Positions 40,022 to 54,215 of a stretch of 64,000 nucleotides of DNA are shown here, in pieces. The position numbers and the translations under genes are program-made. The stretch covers positions 11,222,001 through 11,286,000 of the forward strand of contig NC_043024.1 of NCBI RefSeq assembly GCF_006345805.1, given 5' to 3'. Below the pieces are notes generated by a model, which had not been told where the DNA came from, did not search any database, and was given only the letters and a program-made list of their open reading frames with translations. This DNA comes from Octopus sinensis (taxonomy: Eukaryota). Numbering within the stretch: the stretch's first letter is position 1; every line of letters begins with the position of its first letter.

Positions 40022-40242
40022 CCATTTAGCATTTAATCCAGCCATATCCAGCCCAAAATATACTACATGTTTTATGATAAAACTGACCAGATCCAACTCC
40101 TCACACCTACCCTACAATGTCATTCTAGAAATATACAAACACACCATTGAAATCTCAAAACTAAAAGATAATGTGTGCTTAATTCAAAACAATGTGAATA
40201 AATAAGCATTACATTTGACCAAGAAATCTGAAAGCTAAAAGG
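40022..40242. mobile_element. piggyBac-type MITE, different family
   Basis: TTAA|CCATTTAGC...GCTAAAAGG|TTAA. Confidence 0.7.
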
Positions 40243-40460
40243 TTAAATATTTCAGGGTATCGCGTTTTGTTCCTGCATGTAGTAATCAATATCATGCTGA
40301 AACTAACTCTGATGTTCAATCACCATGAACTTGATAAAATAAGGGCCGATAATATAACAAAGTGGTCTGATTCAGACCATATCCTGTTAGCAAGGGAGAG
40401 GGCTGGAAGAGGAGAGGTGGCAATGGTGGTGGAGGGGTGGCAGTGGGAGCAGCGGCAGCA

Positions 40461-40880
40461 GTGGAGGCGCAATGGCCCAATGGTTAGGGCAGCAGACTCG
40501 TGGTCAGAGGATCGCGATTTCGATTCCCAGACCGGGCGTTGTGTGTTTATTGAGCAAAAACACTTAAAGCTCCACAAGGCTCCGGCAGGGGGTGGTGGCG
40601 ACCCCTGTTGTATTATTTCGCCCTAATTTTCTCTCGCTCTTTCTTCCTGTTTCTTGTCCCTGACTTCCTACGCAACCGCTGAGCCTGGATGCGCATTCAT
40701 CTATCCGTCAATGCTCTCGGTGTCGGGGGTTGACCTGCTTTCTCTTCTGCGGGTCTTGCTAATAGCAAAGGACCACATTTCGGACTTATCCCATCTTGCG
40801 AGCTCTGGGATGAAGACCGTTTGCTCAACAGCAGTGGCAGCAATCGTTAGAAGCAGTGGAGATAAAGATGATGATAAATA
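40461..40880 (+). mobile_element. tRNA-headed SINE family G (copy 1)
   Basis: GGAGGCGCAATGGCCCAATGGTTAGGGC (A-box) ... GTTTCGATTCCC (B-box-like). Confidence 0.75.
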
Positions 40881-41189
40881 TACAGTGAAGTTTTAACTAC
40901 TTGTATTTTTTCTCTACAAAACATTGACCTTGTACCTAATTAAGAAATTAAATTAACTTTACAACCTGTCTCACACAAGAATATTACATCTAATGAAAAT
41001 GTAAAAGTAATAATCTTTCTATTTTTATTTACTTTTGATGAGAATCTTCATATTTACTTTTCCTACCATACTAGTTCAAAAGCGATGATTATCACACATG
41101 CTTATCTTCATCCCACTCCTCTTATCCGAAGTATCCAAGTCAGGATAATTCTATTGCTGATTGTGGCCACTTATAGTAATCTTTTACGT

Positions 41190-41375
41190 ATTTCAATCAC
41201 TGGGCTGTGGCCATGCTGGGGCACCACCTCGAGGGATTTTAATCAAACAAATAAATCCCAGTACTTATTTTTTTTAACCTGGTATTTATTCTATCAATAT
41301 CTTATGCCATATTGCTAAGTTACAGGGATGTATACAAACCAACACCGGTTGTCAAGTAGTGGTGGGAGTCAAACA

Positions 41376-41456
<81 letters not shown>

Positions 41457-41612
41457 TGCGATTCTTTCAGTTGCTATCTACCAAATCAACACACATGGCT
41501 TTGGTCAGCCCAAAGCTTTAGCAGAAGACACTTGCTGAAGGTGTCGCACAGTGGAACTGAACCTGCAACCATGAGGTTGGAAAGCCAACTTCTTATCACC
41601 ATACACCACCCA
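41190..41612 (-). mobile_element. SINE family A, diverged
   Basis: Colinear motifs with expanded (CA)n(TA)n core. Confidence 0.75.
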
Positions 41613-41684
41613 CACCTGCTCAAAATCTCTCGTGGAAGCGTCATCCAACCAAAGTACAAATATATGGGAAATTACCACCTGTAT

Positions 41685-41945
41685 CATCTCTTGTGAAAGG
41701 TAGTAGAAGAGTGCAGTCTGCTGGACATTGTTGTAGAGCTGAAAACGAGGTAATTTCTACTCTTCTCCTCTGGAAGCCATCTGCTCACAATACCAGAGGG
41801 CACACACTCTCCTACCCTGATGTAATCTCCAGGGATACAGGCATCCAGCAATATGGACCTCTGCAATGCTATGATGGACCGTGAAGTCTGGGGTAACATA
41901 GTAAATTCCATTGTCTCGACCACAGTCGAACAATGACTGAATGAG
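41685..41945 (+). mobile_element. RTE LINE 3'-end fragment, family D (copy 3)
   Basis: Reverse-complement match to 7060-7325. Confidence 0.85.
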
Positions 41946-42431
41946 AGAGGATTCTGATATCTGGGAACCTAGAACCTCCAAGCACTGAACCCAAGCTTGT
42001 GTCCTAGAGAGGCTTTTTTTTTACTGGTTAGTACTGCAAAACCCTATTGTCTTTTGAGACAAGGAGATGCCAAAGAACAAGGCCAGTGGTTAAAGACAGA
42101 AGATAAAATGCAGATAATATATTTCCATACAAGTGTGTAGATTGTTCCAGTTATATATACAACATAAAACCAGTAATGAATAGGCAGAATTAGTAATGTT
42201 CAACACAGAGTAACTAGTGGTCTTTAGTTATGTCTCGTTATGGTCTGAGTTCAAATTCTGTCCAGGTAAACTTTACCCTTTTTTTGTTCCAAAGTTGACA
42301 AGCACCAGGTAAAGTACTAGAGTTGACATGATAGGTGGTACCACAGTATGGTCATAAGTTCAACAAGTGAAACCAGTACTACAATAAACATTTTCTTCAC
42401 TATTTTCATAATAATCATATAAAAATGTACA

Positions 42432-42793
42432 AATGACTGCAGCCATGCTGGAGCACTGCCTTTAGTTGAACAAATCAACCCCAGGACTTATTCTTTGTAA
42501 GCCTAGTACTTATTCTGTCACTTTTGCCAAACCGCTAAGTTCGTAATCACACCAACATCGGTTGTCAAGCAATGGTGGTGGGAGCAAACAAAGAAACAAA
42601 TATTTACATATATATATATATACATATACATATATACGACGGGCTTCTTTCAGTTTCCGTCTACCAAATCCACTCACAAGGCTTTGGTCGGCCCGAAGCA
42701 ATAACAGAAGACACTTACCCAAGGTGCCACACAGCGGAACTGAACCCGCAACCATGTGGTCGGGAGGTAAGCTTCTTCTTACCTTACAGCCAT
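42432..42793 (-). mobile_element. SINE family A
   Basis: Colinear similarity. Confidence 0.85.
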
Positions 42794-43224
42794 GCCTAAT
42801 ACACAAATTCATGTTCATTGCAACCTGAATCGATGCCATTGATTGTTCTCTTCAACCGGCAATGGATGTAGCATTTCCATTCTGCTAGTGGTCTGCATTT
42901 GTGTTCAGCTGTAGCCACAATAAGCACTTCGTACAGCAGGCGTTCAGAAGTTACCACCCACATTAACACAATACATATGCGTGTGTGTGTGTGTGTGTAT
43001 GTACACTTGTAATTAGATATACAAAGAAAAATAAATGCATGCAGTTAACTGATAAGGTGACTTTGGTACTGTGCATAGAGTTAAATTCATCCTAAAGTAC
43101 ATACTGACTGGAACGGGTTTCATTTTGATGGCTTATACAATGAATTATTGGATAAAAAACAATTGGGTGAAACTTGGAGTTCCTATGAACACAATCATAA
43201 TAATAGAGATATATATACATATAC

Positions 43225-43620
43225 ATCATCATCATCATCATTTAACGTCTGTTTTCCACACTAGCATGGGTTCGACTGGGGTCTGGAAGCCATGGAGGCT
43301 GCACCAGGATCCAGTCTGATCTGGCAGTGTTTCTACAACTGGATGCCCTTCCTAACGCCAACCACTCCGTGATAGTATAGGGTGTTCTTTACATGCCACC
43401 GGCACAGGGGCCAGAGCAGGCTGGCAAACGGCCATAATCGGTTGGTGCTTTTACGTGTCACCGACACAGATGCCAGCCAGGCGGCGCTGGCATCTGCCAC
43501 GTTCGGATGGTGCTTTTTATGTGTCACCGGTACAGGTGTCTTGACTACAATTTCCATTTGAATTTTTATTTTGATGTTGATGTACTTGACTCAATAGGTC
43601 TCTTCAAGAACAACAGGACA
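43225..43620 (-). mobile_element. family C retroposon
   Basis: Same motifs; 5' part shared with 39600-39720. Confidence 0.85.
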
Positions 43621-44547
43621 CTCTACAATCCAAAGTTGTATATAAAAACATACACACATGCATGTATATAAAAACATACACATATATACATAAATATATG
43701 TAAATATAAACACATATATACATACTCATATACATACATATCCCAACATACAAATGTATATGAGAATATATCTATGTAAACTACATAGTAGATAAACAAA
43801 CAGGGCAAATTTTTTTCTCTATAGACTGCAAAAATGATGAACAACTGTAAACAAGTTTCAAACCTTATTGCAGTCTCATCAAAGGTGTCTACACCACTTG
43901 ATCAATCCCAAGGAACAAGTGGCTTGTCTATTTATAGACAACAAATCCAGTAGCACTAGATCTGTGGCTACTAATTTGCATACTGTAAGTTTTTAATACT
44001 ATTTAATATCAGTAGCCAGCCAATGAGGATCTCAGTTCACACATAAATAAAAATGCGTGTGTGTACATAAGTATAATACATATATAGATATATACACATG
44101 CATATATACACATAGATACATTTATATATATACATATATACCTGTATATACATTATTTAATATCCGTTTTTGTACACTGGCATGACTTGTGCAGAACTGG
44201 TTTTGAAGCAGGATTTTTATGGATGGATGCTCTCTCTGCAGCGAGCTCTCACCTATTTCTCATATTTTGACATTTCACAGATCTTCAAAAGCACAACGAT
44301 CATTCAACAGCACTACCACTTCATTCAAATGCTGGCAAGCAAAATAACATGTACATGCACACACATACACATATCATGAACTTAGGACAGGTTAAGTCTA
44401 CCAAATTCACTTGTAAGGAAGACATTAGGGAGTCCAAGGCTCAAGACGATAATTGCTCAAGGCACCATGTAGTGGGATTGAACCTGAAAGCAAATGGTTG
44501 CAAAGCTTATTTCTTTATCATATAGCCTGGTATCCCTACACCTATGT

Positions 44548-44587
<40 letters not shown>

Positions 44588-44819
44588 GCGCGCGCGCACA
44601 CGCACACACACGCACACACACACACACACACAGATATAGAAAATCACAGGTAAAAGTCTAATATGATCCAAGATAGTAATCCAACTGCTTAATCCAAGAT
44701 AATCTGAGGTGCAGGGAGGGAACTGCAAGAATTAAGGTATTCCAAGGATTGAGTGAACTGGCAAGATTGAAGGGTACAAGTACCCAATGAACAATGAAGG
44801 AAAAAGTGTGGGGGGGGGG

Positions 44820-45400
44820 AAGATGCACAAGACAATTGCCTCAATTCAATCTCTCTTCCACAATATCTTACATAGCTCCTGCCTCTTCCAGTCCAATCCT
44901 GACACCCTCCACTTCTTCCCTAACTTGCTTACTCCCTTCATTCAACTGTACCCCCAATCTATACAGCTTGCTGATGGCATGTAGCTGCCAGCTTTTCTTG
45001 CATCTAGCCCCATCCAGATCCATCCCTTGTTCCCAGCCCTGCTTCAACACAAAGCCCTTTATCACCAACACGTTCCTTTACGGGATATAACCATTTGCCC
45101 CTTTGGTATTTCCAATTCTTTTAGTAGAACATCTAATGGCATCACCTACTGCCTAAAATACTCATTCTGCAAAACCTTGTATCTCAGTCAAACTAGCAAA
45201 CCAAATGCTGGATAGTTTGATTTGAGGGACATCTTTACAACATCTGGCTCAGCAACAAGACATCCATTTCTTAGCATTACCACTCCACAGCACTCAATAA
45301 TACAGTGTGTTTTGCTTGGCCTTATACATCAAGCTTCACTGAGAATAGCTTTATTTTTTTTCCACTCAAGACCGATGCCTTTTGGCCTCAATTCACTACA
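44820..45400 (+). mobile_element. decayed Penelope-like element, GIY-YIG endonuclease region
   Basis: Joined frames give PCSQPCFNTKPFITNT...SFSRTSNGITYCLKYSFCKTLYLSQT, resembling the PLE pattern PC..C.TC...F.CTS.N(VI)IYCI.C..C..LYIGET. Confidence 0.6.
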
Positions 45401-45459
45401 ACTCTTTTAACAGCACACAACCCACATATACATATATCCACACGAGTGAAATCGGGGCC

Positions 45460-45799
45460 AGATCAATAAGCTGACCTCCGAGCCGATGGCACGTTAAAAA
45501 CACCATTCGAGCATGATCGTTACCTGCGTCGCCTTACTAGCACATGTGCTGGTGGCACGCGAAAAACATAAAGAGCACCATTTGAGTGTGGCCATTGCCA
45601 GCACCACCTGACTGGCCCTCGTGCCAGTGGCACGTAAAAGCACATACTACACTCTCAGAGTGGTTGGCGTTAGGAAGGGCATCCAGCTGTAGAAACTACC
45701 AGATCAGATTGGAGTCTGGTGCAGCCATCTGGTTTGCCAGACCTCAGTCAAATCGTCCAACTCATGCTAGCATGGAAAGCAGACGTTAAACTATGGTGG

Positions 45800-45828
<29 letters not shown>
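45460..45828 (+). mobile_element. family C retroposon
   Basis: Plus-strand copy ending in (GAT)n. Confidence 0.85.
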
Positions 45829-45831
<3 letters not shown>

Positions 45832-46649
45832 TATGTGCAACACCTTCACATCACACACAAAAACAATAAACACACATCATAACATAACACCCCTGGTATC
45901 CAATCCTACATAAATACTGCACACACACACACATGAAACGCACATACATGTAAGTGCTGCCCTTTTGCAGCTAATTTTGCATCAAACACATAACAACAAC
46001 AAAAAAATACATTCACTGTACCAAAACACACACTAACTTACCCTACATACAGATTCAATGCAGGAACAAACAATATAATTTAGCCTCACAGACACAGTTC
46101 ACAATATAATGTAATTGGTATATTGTTATGCCCGAGTACTTTAATCTACCACCCTATATCATAGCGTGCATGCACACGGGGACACACACACACACACACA
46201 CATGCATGTACATTCATCTCTGAACATACTCCAAAGCACAATTGATTAGAAACAATCAGCTTACATAAGATACCTATTTTTGCTAGTGAAACACCAGCAG
46301 AACACACACACACATACACATCTAATGAACGTGGGGTTACTAACTCTCTAAATAAGAACAGAGTTGGATATTGACAACCAGTTGAATATAATCAGAATGT
46401 AAAGTAGATACAAAATGCCGGAGAATGTTAAGAGTCAGGGGACCACATGCCCAAGGTATCAAGCAGTGAAGTTACAAGGTGCGCGCGCGCGTGACATACA
46501 CACATACACACACATACCTTACTTAAACCAGGTAAAGGTTAGTGTCAGGAAAGATATCTAGAAAAATGCTTCAATAACATTTTCACCTAACCCATGCTAG
46601 CATGGAGAAAGCAAATGTAAGAGTATATGAATATATATATATATATGAA

Positions 46650-46687
<38 letters not shown>

Positions 46688-46823
46688 TCAGAATTTTGAC
46701 AGGTCATTGTGGTCTCAAGGCGACGAGAATATTTTGACAAATTAAATTTAAATGTTGAAGTGAATCTAACGGTTTTTGTGTGTTTTTAAAAGGCTTATAA
46801 ACACCTTCCACAGTGCAATTGTG

Positions 46824-46855
<32 letters not shown>

Positions 46856-47989
46856 AAAGAAGTGTATTCCCTGGGTGTTGAAAATGTACCTGGGTCTTAA
46901 AACCTGATCACTTTTAAATTTTGAAACAGATTTATTAAAATGCCAAACTAGCCTCAACAATTCTTTGTTTTCCATTGGTAAATAACCATTAAGAAATTCA
47001 GGAGAGATCAAAGATACAAGGGAAAATTTGGAAAAACATGCTTAAAAGATCAAATGTTCGTATGAATTCCAATATTCAATATTTTCATCATCACCACCAT
47101 TTTACAAATGTACTCCAAGCTTGCAAGAATTTCTGAAAGGTTAAACAAGATCCAACAAGTTGGAGGACCACAGGTTAGGCTTCTACAGATAAATGCCTTC
47201 CTAATATCAATTACTGTTCAGAGTGTGCTAGGTGCATTTTTAAATCACCTGCCTCAGCAAGACCAAAGAGTCCTCTCAAAACCTGTAATGCTTCTACTTG
47301 GTTTGCTAACTATGTGACAGAGTGCTACCAGCACTAGTGAGGTTGCCTTGTAACCTATGGGGCAAAACAACTATCAACACTGAAAGAGAAGGGTAGAAGA
47401 GAGATAGCAGACTTTAGGTGAAATGTTGGAAGAAATTACAATATGCTACACAAGATGGATTTGTTGTTGCTAGACATTTAAACATTCAGAAGGCTAGAGG
47501 AAGGAAGGGCGGTAAGGTATGGATGGTAGAGGGAAGAGATTTCAGAATGCAAGCTCAGGTGACATGGTACAGTCTGTAGAAGGAATGATAGAGATGCAAG
47601 AGTATGAGAAAGGTATAGATGGAACAAGGAATTTAATAAGCACAGGTGGAGTGGTGTGACGAGTGGAAGAGATAGCAGGGAGATGAGAGAGTATAGGCTT
47701 AGTACAGAGGTGAGAAGAGATGGTGGAACAGTGAGGGCATAGACCAGGCAGTAGGCCACAGGATATTATACAGTATCCCATTATTTTAGTGAGAATTTTC
47801 ACAAGCTGATGTGAAATTCTCAGTTTGCCCTGGAACTTTCTCCAACCTTTTCTTATTCTAGCTACTGCACTTTCAGAACACCCTCCCCCACTGCCAACTG
47901 GCTTACCTAAGTTAATTAAAGTTATCGACCATTTCTAGAAAGTAATATAGACATATGTGGAAATCTATTTCCTGAAAGTTCTTAGTACT

Positions 47990-48700
47990 TGTTGTCCTCG
48001 TGCAGCTGCTGCATATGAAATCTGCATTCTCTGACAATCTGCTTACATATCTTCTATGTCCAATGTTTACACTAGTCACACCTTATAGAATTTCTATCGA
48101 CTTCTGCTCTGCAAACAAAGAACAAACATTTCCCTGTTGCTATAATGGCCTTGTCTTTCCTACTTACAAAAATTTTAGTTTTTGCTAAGTTTACTTTTAA
48201 GGCCCTTCAATTCCAAATTTTACTCCCATATCTGAAATTTCTGCTTCAATTCTTCTACAGATTCTGCTGCAGTTCCCAAGGGTAGCCTCTGTTATGGCTT
48301 GGAGGCAGCCAAGAACTTAGCTCTGATGCATCCCTACTTGCACACAATTCATTATTGAACATATTGCTCACTCATCTTACTGAGTGTTCCTTTGTACATA
48401 TCTTGTAAGGCCCTCATGAACCATTTATCCACTCCTAGATTCCTTAGAAACCACCAAAGCACAGTGTGAGGGTCTCCAATAAAGGCCATCTCCAGATCAA
48501 CAAATGCTATGTATAGGGGGTTTACTCTTAGCCATGTACTTCTCTTGAAGTTATCTCTACAGGAATATGTCATCAGTGGTACTTCCAAGGACAAAGCTGA
48601 ACTGTGTCTCATCCTGACTAATCCGGTCTCTAATCAGTTTTGTAATAACTCTTGTAATAAATCTCTGCAATTCTCATAATCTTGTCTAAAAGTTTGTTGC
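47990..48700 (-). mobile_element. decayed LINE reverse transcriptase fragment (RTE-like)
   Basis: PLYIAFVDLEMAF...VLWWFLRNLGVDKW...DMY resembles the RT motif FVDLEKAFD; frameshifted. Confidence 0.8.
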
Positions 48701-48714
48701 TTGTGCGGTTTACT

Positions 48715-48980
48715 CAGCACCACCTTGACTGGCTTCTGTGCCAGTGGCACATAAAAAGCATCAACCAATCGTGGCTGTTGCCAGCCTCCCCTGGCACCCA
48801 CTACACATAAAAAGCACCCACTACACTTACGGAGTGGTTGGCATTAGGAAGGGCATCCTGCTGTAGAAACACCGCCAGATCAGGTTCGAGCCTGGTGCAG
48901 CCTCCTGGCTTCCCAGACCCTGGTCGAAACGTCCAACCCATGCTAGCATGGAAAGCGGACGCTAAACGATGATGATGATT
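48715..48980 (+). mobile_element. family C retroposon
   Basis: Plus-strand copy ending GCTAAACGATGATGATG. Confidence 0.85.
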
Positions 48981-51074
48981 TTCTATCCTTGTAACAATTT
49001 ACAATTTTACTGCAGCACCAGTCATTGGGTATGAAAACACATGCACGCATGCACATGCACACACACACACATACACATGTACATATATAAAAACAAATAT
49101 CCATAGAAATACATATGCATACCTGTGGTAGTGGTGATGGAAGGGGGGGTAGGAATGAGGGATCTCAAAATGAGATGAGTGAGATTTTGAGGATTCTAGC
49201 CTAGTGCTGCTTATGATTAAGATGAAGTTTTGTTAGTGTTTTCTTTTTGGTGTTTTCTTGCTGTTACAAGAGACAAAATTGGCACATCTTCATTAGAGAA
49301 CGCTCTTGGACTCTTTGTTCATGGAGTGGGTTTTGGGTCTCTGGAGACCCATGTGGTGTCTAGGCTGCGAAACGGATGATGCATGGTTGAAGAATGTTAG
49401 AGAAGAATGCATGGACAGAAAAAGAATCAGGTGAGATTATCCTTATTATTTAGTGGGTTTACAAGCAGTTTTCATTAATACTTAAAGAAGGTACTTAGTT
49501 GTAAATGAAATCCCAACAGAGGATTGAAACCACACCCAACGTCATTACTACTATCAGAAAATATATGAACAATAACAGATATAGAAGCTTCGTGGTCATT
49601 TTCCCTGCTGGGAATTAGAAATAGCAGCCAAATTTCTTTCAGATCACACCCTAATATTATAAACAAGAAGGATATATTGGATTGCATAGTGTGAGATATA
49701 CAGTGTTTATATATAAGCCTGAATAGTCATAGGTGAAACATTTTTGAAAATAGCTCTGTTTGCCCTGAGATTAAACAAACAGAACATGTGAAAACCATCA
49801 CAATTACAACATTCTCAAAAAATCTGACTGTCTATGTAATAACAACAAACGGTTATTTTCTACCTGGCTCAAATAACAAATCTCAAGCTAGTGTAGGAAA
49901 GTGAGCCAACAGAAACAGAGCAATAAAATGCTTTGCAGTATTTGTTCCAGTACTCAACGTTCCAAGTTCAAATCTCATCAAGGTTTAAATTTTGCTTTTC
50001 ATCCTTTCAGAGTTGATATAAAATAAAGTATCAAGGAAGTACTGGAGTCAATTTCATCAACTAACACCTCCGCTCTTGACCTGCCCTTAAATTTCAGGCC
50101 CTGTGCCTATGCTAGACACAATAGAGAAAATTATTAAGTCAAAACCCTCTTTTTTGAATATCATTAGATTACAGATTTTATAAGGAAGTATAACAGATTA
50201 AACAGATCCTAGTAAGTTACGAGTTCTATCTATGCTGCTGAAATGAAAGATAATTATAACCTGATCTCAACTGGATTTTAATTGGGGAGGTTCATTAAAT
50301 CAATCACTTCTACAGTACTTATTTTGTCAACTCAGGAAGAATGAAAGAAAAATTCAACTAGGATGGGATCAGAACTCAACATAATGGGACATAATCAAAT
50401 ATAATGAATTTTGTCCACTTTGCTGATTATATCTATAACAAGTGAAATTCTGTCTCTCTGTCTGGGACCCCTGTATCTCAGTGTACATTTGCCCTTCAGA
50501 GACATATTATACCTTTTTGGAATCAGGATGATCCCGGGATTAAAAATCTGCCCTTCATCTGGTCCTGAAACATCCAGCATTGGGATCGGGTCTGGATGAG
50601 GATTTGTTATATGCTAACAGTTGAAAATTCAAATTTTGAAAGACCTCCAAAAATTTATGAGCTTGCAATTTTTTCATTTAAACTGAATTGAAAGTAATAC
50701 CATACTGGTAGGTTACCAATAAATGCTTTATCATTATTGCTCTCTTTAGTTTTGGGCTGCAGGCCCAATTAGCTCTCTGCAGGAGTTAGCTTATAAGTCA
50801 ACACAGAGTGCAGCTTTTAAGATCGTATTAAATACACTAACGACATAGCACCAACACAAACGCCAGAATAGCTGAACAGAGTAACAAACTGAACATCCAA
50901 TAGCAATTGTTTTACCATTCCCAAATTATGGATTCAATTCCAATTGGAGCCAGGACCAATAAAAGACACAGGTATGTACTTAGGGTTCGTTGACTCAGTA
51001 GACTCACAGGTGAAGGAATACCTTAGTTTACACAGTTTCAAGTTACAACTTTTTTGACTTTACGTTGCTGTTAT

Positions 51075-51270
51075 AAATTCGTTTCAAATTTTGGCACAAA
51101 GTTAGCAATTTCGGGGGAGGAGGTAAGCTGATTACATCGACCCCAATGTTCAACTGGTACTTATTTTATTGATCCCGGAAGGATGACAGGCAAGGTCCAG
51201 GCTCAGCAGAATTTCAACTCAGAACATAAACATAGACAAAATGCCATTAAGCATATCACCCAACATGCTT
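51075..51270 (-). mobile_element. SINE family B, diverged
   Basis: Core motifs on the minus strand. Confidence 0.7.
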
Positions 51271-52166
51271 AATGAATGGGGGAAATAAATTAACTTCAAT
51301 CATACAGCATGAACATTTTTGAAAAGCACCTAAAAACCAATACTAAAGTGGGAGAACAAATAAAATACATGTGAAAATACGCAGAAGTTGTGTTATGTTT
51401 TGGAACCAATTACCCACCGAAGGTGAGGTATTCCTGTTCAAACTGCAAGGGGTCACTAGCCAACTCTGGCTGGCTAGCTGGCTCTCTTTCTCTTTCTCTC
51501 TCCCCTTCTCTCTCTCCCCGCTTTCTTCAATGCATTACCTTACCAATTGTGTAAGAAACTTTTGATATTGAGTTTGCTTCATAAGGACTGATCTAGAACT
51601 AAAAACATCAATGATTTTTACTAATTTTTAAACAGAGATGAAATCCGATATATTATAGATAAGGAAGAGACAAAATGCACAGAGAGTCCATGCCTCTCCC
51701 AAAGGGTAAGTAAGGGCATTAGAGTGAACGAAGATATGAAGAATCTTCCTTCATGTTATGAAGAATCCTGATGCTAGCTCACATAAAGATTTGAAGAATC
51801 ATGTTAGCTCACATAACAGTGAAGAATGATGACTGAAAGAGAAAAAGAAAAACTCCTGGACAGCAGCAGCAGGTTAGAGGCAACCGGAATAGGTTTAACT
51901 ACTCACCTATCTATACTACTATACTTCACCCCCTCAAGCATCTATCTCCTCCTCTCCCTCTCTCTCACTAAGATGATGACTAGCAAGATAAAATTGGAAA
52001 GAGCTGCCCAAAAGTATATCAGTGAGGGAATGTGGAGGAAACACTACTATCATCACCACACTTTTAATAATATCATTCCCACCATCACAAGCAATATCAT
52101 TTTCATAATTAACAATAGCACCAAGAGAATCATTATCATTATTAACCATATCTTTTAGAGAGGAAA

Positions 52167-52768
52167 AATATCTGTTTCTTTATTACCTACAAGGGGCTAA
52201 ACATAGAGAGGACAAACAAGGACAGACAAACGGATTAAGTTGATTACATCGACCCCAGTGCGTAACTGGTACTTAATTTATCGACCCCGAAAGGATGAAA
52301 GGCAAAGTCGACCTCGGCGGAATTTGAACTCAGAACATAACGGCAGACGAAATACCTATTTCTTTACTACCCACAAGGGGCTAAACACAGAGAGAACAGA
52401 CAAGGACAGGCAGACGGATTAAGTCGATTATATCGAACCCTGTGCGTAACAGGTACTTAATTTATCGACCCCAAAAGGATGAAAGGCAAAGTCAACCTCG
52501 GCGGAATTTGAACTCAGAACATAACGGCAGACGAAATACCTATTTCTTTACTACCCACAAGGAGCTAAACACAGAGAGGACAAACAAGGACAGGCAGACA
52601 GATTAAGTCGATTACATCGACCCCAGTGCGTAACTGGTACATAATTTATCGACCCCAAAAGGATGAAAGGCAAAGTCAACCTCGGCGGAATTTGAACTCA
52701 GAACATAACGGCAGACGAAATACAGCTACGCATTTCACCCGGTGTGCTAATGTTTCTGCCAGGTCGCA
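52167..52768 (-). mobile_element. SINE family B tandem trimer (unit about 184 bp)
   Basis: Three consecutive core-plus-tail units; only the rightmost keeps the head. Confidence 0.92.
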
Positions 52769-52964
52769 GATAGGAAAAATATCTAAAACATTGCATGCTG
52801 TCCCCTTGTACTAACAATACAAGAAAGTTAATTTTTTCATAATATTTGGTGGGATTAGAAGTTTGAATTTGAAATTAACGAATAAACAAAAAACATGCAT
52901 GAAATACATTGGGGGGGGGGGGGAAGCACCATCTTCAAGAACTTTAGTGAAATGAAATGATCCT

Positions 52965-53215
52965 AGTGCCTACTTTACTCAAGCCTGGTACTTATTATAT
53001 CAGCCTCTTGTCAAGCAGTGGTGGGGGACAAACACATGCACACACACACACACATACACATTCACATGCAATGGGCTTCTTTCAGTTTCAGTCCACCATA
53101 TTCACTCATAAGGCTTTGGTTGGCCCAAGGCTTATAGTACAAGACACTTACTTGCCCAAGGTGTGGTGTAGTGGACTGAACCTGGTATCCTGTGGTTGGG
53201 AAGTAGTTGGGAAGC
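52965..53215 (-). mobile_element. SINE family A, diverged and partial
   Basis: Body motifs present. Confidence 0.65.
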
Positions 53216-53670
53216 ATTATTTCATTCTTCACAGCAAATCATAAAAATAGAAAAACCTAGATTATTCTACAAATTCATTAATTAGAAATAGCAGCCAAAA
53301 TGTCTTTTCAATACTGCTCTACTGTCTTAAAAAAGAAAGCATGAGGGTGAAAAAAATTTACAGGTTAGTCACGAGTGGAATGCTTTTGATATGACTATCC
53401 GTGTTGGTTGTCATGGAGTTAAATAACAATACATAAATACACACACACACAAAATATGCACAAGTATATGAGGTTAAGCAGGGTTACCAAATTCACTTTG
53501 CAACTACATGGTTTCATGACACCATGGGGCAAGTGTATTCTCCTATAACCTCAAGCTGACCAGTGCCTTGTGAGTGAAATTCGGTAGACAGAAACTGCAC
53601 AGAAGCATGTCATGCACATGTGTTTGGCATTAGGAAGGACATCTGGCCATAAAATATTACTTCAATAAGT

Positions 53671-53671
<1 letters not shown>

Positions 53672-53743
<72 letters not shown>

Positions 53744-53870
53744 CATATATATATACATACATATATATATACATACATATATACATACATATATACACAT
53801 ACATATATACATACATATATACACATACATATATACACATACATATATACACATACATATATACATATAC

Positions 53871-53950
<80 letters not shown>
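53672..53950. repeat. compound (TG)n(TA)n(TACA)n microsatellite
   Basis: Direct reading. Confidence 0.95.
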
Positions 53951-53951
<1 letters not shown>

Positions 53952-53952
53952 C

Positions 53953-54215
53953 GTGGAGACGCAATGGCCCAGTAGTTAGGGCAGCAGACTCACGGTCGTA
54001 GGATCGCAGTTTCGATTCCCAGACCGAACGTTGTGTTTATTGAGCGAAAACACCTAAAGCTCCACAAGTCTCCGGCAGGGGGTGGTGGCAATCCCTGCTG
54101 TACTCTTTCGCCACAACTTTCTCTCACTCTTTCTTCTGTTGGCCTGCTCGCTTAGCCAGCGGAGTAGCGTCATTTGAAGGCTAAAACAATACGAAGTGCA
54201 TTGTGACCAGCGATG
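53953..54215 (+). mobile_element. tRNA-headed SINE family G (copy 2)
   Basis: Shares about the first 170 bp with 40461. Confidence 0.78.

Noticed and set aside
40461-40535. Possible tRNA genes at SINE heads (also 53953, 33036, 63181)
   Set aside because: They have A/B boxes but no complete cloverleaf or acceptor stem, and they continue into repeat bodies.
42840-42960. GC-richer Cys/His-containing frame as a zinc-finger exon
   Set aside because: No convincing motif spacing or splice sites.
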